Shown here: positions 57,944 through 64,000 of the stretch, piece by piece
Numbering within the stretch: position 1 is the stretch's first letter
Layout of the letters: the number at the start of each line of letters is the position of its first letter
Origin: Ignavibacteria bacterium
GTDB lineage: Bacteria; Bacteroidota; Ignavibacteria; Ignavibacteriales; SURF-24
DNA length: 64,000 nucleotides
Assembly (NCBI GenBank): GCA_025612245.1
Contig: JAAXKQ010000014.1
Location: 40,028 to 104,027, forward strand
Direction of reading: 5' to 3'
The notes under the pieces: model-generated
Seen by the model: only the letters and a program-made list of their open reading frames with translations
Databases searched by the model: none
Told to the model about the DNA's origin: nothing
Translations under genes and position numbers: made by a program

Positions 57944-58372
57944 ATGAATCCGTCCATGACCAGGAAAGTCGGTGTATGGGTTGACCGCAGCAGGTCTTTT
58001 ATCGTCACCTTAAGCAGCAGCCATATTGAAACAACAGTTATAGCTTCCGACATGCAGAAGAATGTCCGCTTTATGGGCGGGGCATTCAAGGAAACCGAAG
58101 AGGATATCAGGGATAGAAAAATAAGGAATCAGTTTAATATTTATCTCGACAAAGTCACACTCAAACTTCAGGATGTAACTCACCTTTTTATTATGGGTCC
58201 AGGTAATGCAAAACTTGAACTTCAGAAGCATCTTCTAAAAGCCCGTTACCGCGGCAGGATAATTGCCATTGAGACCGCAGGGAAAATGACAGAGCGCCAG
58301 ATTATAGCCAAAGTATCGGGGCGCTTTTCTTTACTGGAAAGGCCTTTGAGAGCAAAGCCTGCTGCCGTCTGA
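57944..58372 (+). CDS. hypothetical protein
   Basis: 142-aa ORF with a GGAGAA RBS. No confident family assignment. Confidence 0.4.
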   Translation: MNPSMTRKVGVWVDRSRSFIVTLSSSHIETTVIASDMQKNVRFMGGAFKETEEDIRDRKIRNQFNIYLDKVTLKLQDVTHLFIMGPGNAKLELQKHLLKARYRGRIIAIETAGKMTERQIIAKVSGRFSLLERPLRAKPAAV

Positions 58373-58379
58373 ATGAAGG

Positions 58380-59150
58380 TTATACCTGTGTAAAACGGGC
58401 CTTTACTTTAACTGAAAACCTCTGGCTTGTAATAAAGCTTTCATTGCTGTGCTGCATTACGATCCTTAAAGATCGCGAGCTGCACTTTTCAAGATCCTTT
58501 ATGTAGTTTATGTTAATAATGGCAGAGCGCCGTATCTTCATGAATTCCTCATACGGCAGTATGCTCTCCCATTCCTTCAAAAGTTTCCTTACCAGAATCC
58601 GCCCCTTGTCGAGCAGATAGACTGTCGAATAAGGCCCCAGAGCCTTTATATATTCTATGTCGCTTTTTTTTACCAGTTTCTTTTTCCTGTTTATGTTAAG
58701 AAGGATCGTTTCCCCTGCCTTATTCTGATCCGGTGAAGAGGGATTACCAACATATTCAGTTACTGCACGCCTTTCAGCCAGGCGGAGCTTATTGATTTTA
58801 ATCCTTACCACGTTCAACAGCTCTTCGACGCTGAAAGGCTTGAATATGATTGAATCCACTCCCAGCTCCATTCCCCTTTTAAGTGCTTCAATATTATAAT
58901 CGGCTGTAAAGAAAACGAATGGAATTGCACCTGTTGAAGCGTCTGCCGTTACTTTTTCGAGGACTTCAAATCCGGTCATCCCATATAAAACCATGTTGCA
59001 AAGGATCAAACATGGCAGCTCCGAGGCTGCAAGCCTCAGTCCGTCGTTGCCGTTATCTGCAGTAAATACTTCATATCCCGCATCTTCCAAAACTTTTGAG
59101 ACAACATTCAGGAACTTTAAATTAGACTCAATAACCAAGATACTTTCCAA
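58380..59150 (-). CDS. LytTR-family regulator with atypical (Asp-less) receiver domain
   Basis: 256 aa. The N-terminal CheY-like fold has the conserved T (FFTAD) and K (FKPF). The phospho-acceptor position reads LILCN and the acidic pair reads IES. The C-terminus is a LytTR domain (...IEYIKALGPYSTVYL...). Confidence 0.8.
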   Translation of the reverse strand: MESILVIESNLKFLNVVSKVLEDAGYEVFTADNGNDGLRLAASELPCLILCNMVLYGMTGFEVLEKVTADASTGAIPFVFFTADYNIEALKRGMELGVDSIIFKPFSVEELLNVVRIKINKLRLAERRAVTEYVGNPSSPDQNKAGETILLNINRKKKLVKKSDIEYIKALGPYSTVYLLDKGRILVRKLLKEWESILPYEEFMKIRRSAIININYIKDLEKCSSRSLRIVMQHSNESFITSQRFSVKVKARFTQV

Positions 59151-59461
59151 GAACCCTCCCTGAACTGAAACAACAAAAAAGAACCAATCTTTAAGTATTT
59201 TATCAGATTTTTTCCTTTTAAGCCAGTCAATTCCTTAGAGCCTTTGTTCATTCATTGCCCAAAATGCTGCGCTCATTTGTTTCTATTTTCTTTTCTCAGC
59301 CGGGCTTCCCCGCCTCAAAAATTTAAATGATACGTACGCAGCCAAAGGCAGAATGAATGCACAGGCTGACTTGATTGAAAGCATTAAAGGGTATAGTATA
59401 TTGATGAACTCTAAACATTAAGAAGGAAATAACATCGTAAAAATAATACAAGGAGTAATAT

Positions 59462-62104
59462 ATGAGGAAAATTTCAGGACTTATTGCAGCAGTTTTACTT
59501 CTGCTCATTTCGGCAGCAAATGCCTACTCACAGACATATTTTGCAGCAAAGCTCTCCCAGGCACAGCAATACCAGAGCGGAAGCAAAGCCGACAGCATCG
59601 ACAGGGGCTACACCGGCTCCGCCGTTCTTATTCTTTCATCTGACAGTTCCAACAATGCCACACTTAATTTTATGATCACCGTAGGCAGGGGAACTCCCGG
59701 GAATGACACTTCACAAATTATCACACCAGGCGGCATAACACAGGGTGATTCATCAAAGCTCAGGGCCATCTATTTCCGAATGGGCTCTATCGGCGACACA
59801 GGCACAACAGTCATATCAATTACGAGCGGCTTTACTGGAAACTCATATACCGGCACGTGGAACTCAGGAGGCAACCAGGGGCTGACAACAGCATTGGTGG
59901 ATGCACTCCTTTCGGGCAAAGTCTTTATCGTTGCTGTGCTCGATTCAGGACAGATCAGAGGACACATTCATCCTGTCAACGGTGCCGGATTTGTTGCGCA
60001 TCTTACAGGTCCACAGGAAGCCGACAGCGTTGTTACTAAAGCCAGCGGCGTCGGGTCTTTCCTGCTGACCGATTTCGGACTCATATACCAGATTTCAGTT
60101 CAGGGCATTGATATCCAGGCTTCTCATTTCCACATGGGTATGCCCGGCATTAGCGGCAATATCGTAAAGCCGATTACTTTCAACGGACATACTGCAATCG
60201 GCCTGTGGAAAATGAACGACCAGTCGAATCCCCTTACCCGGGATCTGATGACCATGCTGTTGACCGAAGGTTTGTACGTAAACGTGCATTCACCTTCACA
60301 CCCCGGTGGTGAAATAAGAGGACAGGTACTGCATGCAGCAGGCTTTGGATTCTCATCGCAACTCAATAGCAGCAAAGCTTCACAGGGCGGAAACACAGGC
60401 AATATGAGTGACTCCACAAGGATCGTTGGAAGCGGGACCTATACATTGACCGATTTCGGCCTCGTTTACCACATCAACTTAAGAGGCAAGAAGTCTGCAA
60501 CTAACATCCATTTTGCAAATAACTCTACAAATCAGAAACTTAAAGATATACCGGTTTTCAGCGACACCACGGTCTCCGGCGTATGGTACTCAAAGACCGG
60601 CTACGAAACAAGTGCTCTTTCCGGCGCAAATGTTGCAGACCTGCTGCAGGGAAGAATTTCACTTGTTGTTGAAACTGCTAATGATACAATGAAGGGAGTG
60701 GTAATGCTGCACAAGCAGACAAACTTCTCGGCACTGCTCTCCGGCCCGCAGGAACGACCGCGTCACATGATTCACCCAACCGGCGGCGGACATTTTATTC
60801 TTACTCCTACAGGGCTTCAGTATTATATTACACTGGCAGGAATTGATTCCATTACCGGCGCTCATTTCCATATGGCCCCCGTGGGTGTAAATGGACCGAT
60901 TGTTCATTCAATTACGTTTGATTCCACATTTACGGCACAGGGCACATGGAATATGACACCGGATTCAACTGGCATGGGCTCCATGGACAATATGATTGAC
61001 GCTCTGCTTAAGGGCGAAATCTACGTTAACGTCCACACACGTACTTACCCCGAAGGTGCCATCAGGGGCCAGCTTGTTCCGGCCTCGGGCACGGACTTTA
61101 CTCTCAATCTTACAGGCAGCCAGGTTATGCCGGCTACAATGGAAAAAGCCGTGGGTACGGGTAACTTCATTCTTACAAACGAAGGCCTCACTTACAAAAT
61201 TACCTTGGACAGCCTGAACGTTACAGGGATCCGCATCGAACAGGGACCCTTTGGCGTAAACGGCAAAGTTGTCAATGATTTGAATACGGCAGGATTTGAT
61301 ACCAGCAAAACCATTGTAGGCGTATGGCGCAGAACCGGGGGGACTTCACCCCTTAGCGACCAGCTTATTACTGCCTTGCTCAGGGGCAACCTTTATGTAA
61401 ACATTCTAACCTCGGCAAATCCCAATGGCGCTTTGCGCGGACAGATACTGCCCAACGGCGGATCTGGATTCGTTGCAATGTTTGATTCTGCTACAGCCGG
61501 ACAGGGCCAGATGGCTGGTAGCGGTAAAGGTACTGCAATATTCGTCCTCACCGATGCCGGACTGCTCTACGACATAGCTGTTGCAGGGTACACGGGAAAT
61601 GCCGGATCCATTACGATGGGCCAGGGAGGCACCTCCGTCTTCCAGCTTGAGCCTACTTTCAACGGAGGAGCTACAAACGGAGTATGGTTAATGCTGAATG
61701 ATACGACTAACGCCGCAAACAACCTTGCCGCACTTTTCAATAACCAGCTCTTTGTAAATCTTACCGGAGGTCCAAGTGCACCAATCGGGAGAACCTTCAC
61801 TCCCAATCCTACTTCGGTTTCTCTCATTAAGGCATCCCCGGAAAGCTTCGACTTGGGGCAGAACTATCCTAACCCGTTCAACCCAACTACGACCATCCGC
61901 TTCAGCATACCGTCAGCCGGCAACGTAAGCCTGCACATATACAATGTTATCGGTCAGAAGGTAGCAACATTAGTTGACGGGCAGTTAAGGGCAGGACAAT
62001 ATGAAGTAAGCTTTGATGGATCCAGGATAGCAAGCGGTGTTTACTTCTACAGGATCAGCTTCCAGAACAACATTGTAACAAAAAAGATGATGCTCGTTAA
62101 ATAA
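59462..62104 (+). CDS. secreted protein with six tandem CHRD domains and T9SS sorting domain
   Basis: 880 aa with a signal peptide. Repeats carry L.Y.I...GI....AHFH.G..G..G.IV and ...L..G.LYVNVH(T/S)...P.G(E/A)IRGQ(V/L/I). The C-terminal GQNYPNPFNPTTTIRF...GVYFYRI is the sorting domain. Confidence 0.75.
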   Translation: MRKISGLIAAVLLLLISAANAYSQTYFAAKLSQAQQYQSGSKADSIDRGYTGSAVLILSSDSSNNATLNFMITVGRGTPGNDTSQIITPGGITQGDSSKLRAIYFRMGSIGDTGTTVISITSGFTGNSYTGTWNSGGNQGLTTALVDALLSGKVFIVAVLDSGQIRGHIHPVNGAGFVAHLTGPQEADSVVTKASGVGSFLLTDFGLIYQISVQGIDIQASHFHMGMPGISGNIVKPITFNGHTAIGLWKMNDQSNPLTRDLMTMLLTEGLYVNVHSPSHPGGEIRGQVLHAAGFGFSSQLNSSKASQGGNTGNMSDSTRIVGSGTYTLTDFGLVYHINLRGKKSATNIHFANNSTNQKLKDIPVFSDTTVSGVWYSKTGYETSALSGANVADLLQGRISLVVETANDTMKGVVMLHKQTNFSALLSGPQERPRHMIHPTGGGHFILTPTGLQYYITLAGIDSITGAHFHMAPVGVNGPIVHSITFDSTFTAQGTWNMTPDSTGMGSMDNMIDALLKGEIYVNVHTRTYPEGAIRGQLVPASGTDFTLNLTGSQVMPATMEKAVGTGNFILTNEGLTYKITLDSLNVTGIRIEQGPFGVNGKVVNDLNTAGFDTSKTIVGVWRRTGGTSPLSDQLITALLRGNLYVNILTSANPNGALRGQILPNGGSGFVAMFDSATAGQGQMAGSGKGTAIFVLTDAGLLYDIAVAGYTGNAGSITMGQGGTSVFQLEPTFNGGATNGVWLMLNDTTNAANNLAALFNNQLFVNLTGGPSAPIGRTFTPNPTSVSLIKASPESFDLGQNYPNPFNPTTTIRFSIPSAGNVSLHIYNVIGQKVATLVDGQLRAGQYEVSFDGSRIASGVYFYRISFQNNIVTKKMMLVK

Positions 62105-62130
62105 ATCTAATTTTCTGCCGCATAAAAAAA

Positions 62131-62162
62131 GCCCTGAAATCTTTATGGTTTCAGGGCTTTTT
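62131..62162. terminator. bidirectional rho-independent terminator
   Basis: AAAAAAA-GCCCTGAAA-N9-TTTCAGGGC-TTTTT. Confidence 0.75.
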
Positions 62163-62164
62163 AG

Positions 62165-62200
62165 TGTGGGCGCTATAGGATTTGAACCTATGACCTTTCG
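62165..62200. repeat. 36-bp exact copy of the 3' half of tRNA-Val (att-like direct repeat; partner at 63350-63385)
   Basis: TGTGGGCGCTATAGGATTTGAACCTATGACCTTTCG is identical at both positions by direct comparison. Confidence 0.9.
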
Positions 62201-62266
62201 GATGGAAATATTATTGCTTCAACGGGGTTCAGCATATCCGGACAGGGTGAATCTATAAAGATAACC

Positions 62267-62574
62267 TTGAAATATTCAGTAAAGGGACAGGCTGTAAATG
62301 AAGCAATTAACATTTGTTCAACTGTTCATAATGGAAACGGTTTAAGATTTTGGTTCTTGTGTCCTCTGGTTGCTCATAAAGGAATCTGCAATAAAAGAGT
62401 AAGCAAGCTTTATTTACCAAATGGCGCAAAATATTTCGGATGCCGGGTATGTTATAATTTACTTACACCAGTTGTCAGGAAAGCAATAAACTTGACGGGC
62501 TGTATAAACTACTTGCCAAACAAATCGGATGTAGTTCAAGTGATATAAAAGAAGTACTACAAAGGATAATTTAG
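62267..62574 (+). pseudogene. frameshifted/5'-truncated zinc-ribbon gene
   Basis: The ORF reads ...GLRFWFLCP...CNKRVSKLYLPNGAKYFGCRVCYNL. The -1 frame then continues open as TYTSCQESNKLDGLYKLLAKQIGCSSSDIKEVLQRII* to 62574. A single missing base near 62459-62463 would join the two frames. Confidence 0.4.
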
Positions 62575-62639
62575 ATTTTATATAAATGGAATAATTCCTT
62601 ATTATTGCAGAAGCCAAAAATATTATAGGGAATATAGCA

Positions 62640-63053
62640 ATGATTCAATTTACCAGTAACTTGTACAAGACATTACTCATAGTTCTCATTTCATTTTTAT
62701 GTGCGTTAAATCTTTATCAGCTTATCTTTGTACAAAATATTATCAGTATCATTCCCCTTTTACTTCAAATACCAATACTTTTCTTTTTGTACAAAAAACA
62801 AAAGCATCTTATTCTATTTATCAAGATATGGGCAATATTACTTCTTATTAGTGGTATCACAGGTTGGCTAGCAATTTTGAGCGGGAAACTTGTTACTAAT
62901 TTAGGCGGCAGTGTTGATCCGGCAGAATCGGGTATTTTCAACCTTTTAGATAAAACTATAGCTCTTATGGCTGGGTTATACTTTTTAATGTTCTTAAAAG
63001 ACAGTATAGAGGTTAAGAAAGCAGAACCTGAATTAATAGAAAATAATAATTAG
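62640..63053 (+). CDS. small four-helix membrane protein, hypothetical
   Basis: 137 aa with four hydrophobic segments, in the AT-rich insert. Confidence 0.4.
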   Translation: MIQFTSNLYKTLLIVLISFLCALNLYQLIFVQNIISIIPLLLQIPILFFLYKKQKHLILFIKIWAILLLISGITGWLAILSGKLVTNLGGSVDPAESGIFNLLDKTIALMAGLYFLMFLKDSIEVKKAEPELIENNN

Positions 63054-63238
63054 CCTTTCAAAATTGACAGTAAGGTTTAATAGTCTTAAATTACTCTTGA
63101 AACAAAAAAGCCATAAACAAATAAGATTTTGATACTGAATAAACCCGATTGAGTTTATAGGGAAATGGCTTTCCTTGTTTCGCTCGATTGGGTTTTTCAG
63201 TTTTAAAATGTTCTTGCGGTATTGTATGAAGCTAAAAA

Positions 63239-63284
63239 GTGCATACAAAAGTGCATACAAAACTGTATGTAAATATGTATGTAA
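63239..63284. repeat. repeat cluster next to the att-like site
   Basis: GTGCATACAAAA occurs twice in tandem (63239-63262). It is followed by two copies of TGTATGTAA (63264-63272, 63276-63284), which contain the inverse core CATACA/TGTATG. Confidence 0.6.
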
Positions 63285-63351
63285 TGGCTGAACCGGGCAA
63301 CCCTTTTAAAAAGAAAAACCCCAAAATTAACTAAATTTTGAGGTTTTTTTG

Positions 63352-63425
63352 TGGGCGCTATAGGATTTGAACCTATGACCTTTCGCGTGTGAGGCGAACG
63401 CTCTAAACCGCTGAGCTAAGCACCC
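63352..63425 (-). tRNA. tRNA-Val (anticodon CAC)
   Basis: The minus strand reads GGGTGCT-TA-GCTC-AGCGGTTTA-GAGC-G-TTCGC-CTCACAC-GCGAA-AGGTC-ATAGG-TTCAAAT-CCTAT-AGCGCCC-A. The cloverleaf folds cleanly. A hairpin plus T-run follows. Confidence 0.9.
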
Positions 63426-63469
63426 TTTTTCCTAAAGAAGCTTAAATGCTAAACTTCCGTGCTGCTAAT

Positions 63470-64000
63470 TTACAAATTATTTTTGAAAAAGTCAGTCATT
63501 AAGTTATATAATTGTATTCTTGTCATTCCACCATATATACTGTGATCCCGCCCTGGATAATACATCACTCTGAACTGCTTGTTGGCATCAATAAGACGGT
63601 TTACGAGTTCAACCGAATTCTGGAAGTGAACGTTGTCGTCTGCCATGCCATGAATTAACAAAAACTTCCCTTTCAGGTTTTCTGCATAATTTAACACTGC
63701 ACTTTCCTCGTAGCCTTTCTCATTAAGCTCCGGAAGCGACATGTAACGCTCTGTGTAAATGTCGTCATAAAACCTCCAGCTTGTTACAGGAGCAACTGCA
63801 ATTGCCGCCTTGTAGTATTCCGGAGCCCTTAAGATGGCTGAGGCCGATGAATAGCCTCCGTAGCTCCAGCCCCAGATTCCTATTCTTTCGCCATCCACGT
63901 AAGGGAGGCTTCTTAAATACTTTGCCGTTTCCTTCAGGTCGTTTACTTCCCAGTAGCCAAGATTTTTATATGCAAGTTTTTTGTACTCTGAGTTTCTGCC
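63470..64000 (-). CDS. S9-family serine peptidase (dipeptidyl-peptidase IV-like), C-terminal part; N-terminus beyond window
   Basis: ERIGIWGWSYGGY holds the nucleophile Ser, followed by LIHGMADDNVHF (Asp) and PGRDHSI (His). The frame stays open to position 64000. Confidence 0.8.
   Translation of the reverse strand, partial: GRNSEYKKLAYKNLGYWEVNDLKETAKYLRSLPYVDGERIGIWGWSYGGYSSASAILRAPEYYKAAIAVAPVTSWRFYDDIYTERYMSLPELNEKGYEESAVLNYAENLKGKFLLIHGMADDNVHFQNSVELVNRLIDANKQFRVMYYPGRDHSIYGGMTRIQLYNLMTDFFKNNL

Larger units (their letters stand above)
62165..63385. mobile_element. degenerate remnant of a tRNA-Val-integrated element (no integrase left)
   Basis: Bounded by the 36-bp tRNA 3'-half duplication. 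The interior is very AT-rich (one 60-nt line hand-counted at 16 G+C). It holds a frameshifted zinc-ribbon gene, a small membrane ORF and a repeat cluster. Confidence 0.5.

Noticed and set aside
57944-58372. Idea that the 142-aa protein is an eRF1/host-attachment-like (baeRF-type) domain, based on LFIMGPGNAKLELQKHL.
   Set aside because: It rests on a single short, loosely remembered motif. A profile search is needed before any claim.
63033-63260. 75-aa minus-strand ORF.
   Set aside because: Its N-terminus is a direct translation of the tandem GTGCATACAAAA repeats, and it overlaps the end of the 137-aa ORF. Most likely spurious.

Overview
This is a 64-kb chromosomal window, most likely from an FCB-group bacterium (Ignavibacteriota/Bacteroidota-like). 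Four secreted proteins end in the (K/G/R)(Q)NYPNPFN(P/G)xTT type IX secretion (T9SS) sorting domain. A thrombospondin-repeat OmpA protein and GH5/GH97 glycosidases fit the same lineage. Positions 1-14 kb (all minus strand) form an anaerobic-respiration locus. It holds nrfH-nrfA (pentahaem nitrite reductase), a downstream outer-membrane barrel, and a sensor kinase/sigma54-activator pair whose kinase carries c-type haem motifs. An archaemetzincin-like protease is translationally coupled to the activator. Upstream lies a tight five-gene operon: NrfC-like 4x[4Fe-4S] protein, NrfD-like membrane protein, tetrahaem cytochrome c, and two lipoyl-less GcvH-like paralogues. I cannot match that operon to any described complex, so it is my best candidate for an undescribed system. 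The middle of the window is housekeeping (macro-domain protein, glnA, eno, tRNA-Arg). Directly after tRNA-Arg comes a block that is partly AT-rich, holding secreted, lipoprotein and glycan-binding genes and a 960-bp ORF-free stretch. The right half mixes transport, detoxification and small-enzyme genes (cstA, def, SDRs, MFS, MBL, nuclease). It also holds a membrane MutS-like ATPase, a pseudo-receiver LytTR regulator divergent from a six-CHRD-domain T9SS protein, and a degenerate integrated-element remnant bounded by a 36-bp duplication of the tRNA-Val 3' half. I saw no CRISPR array, rRNA or intact transposase/integrase. All calls come from reading the sequence and ORF translations; no searches were run.
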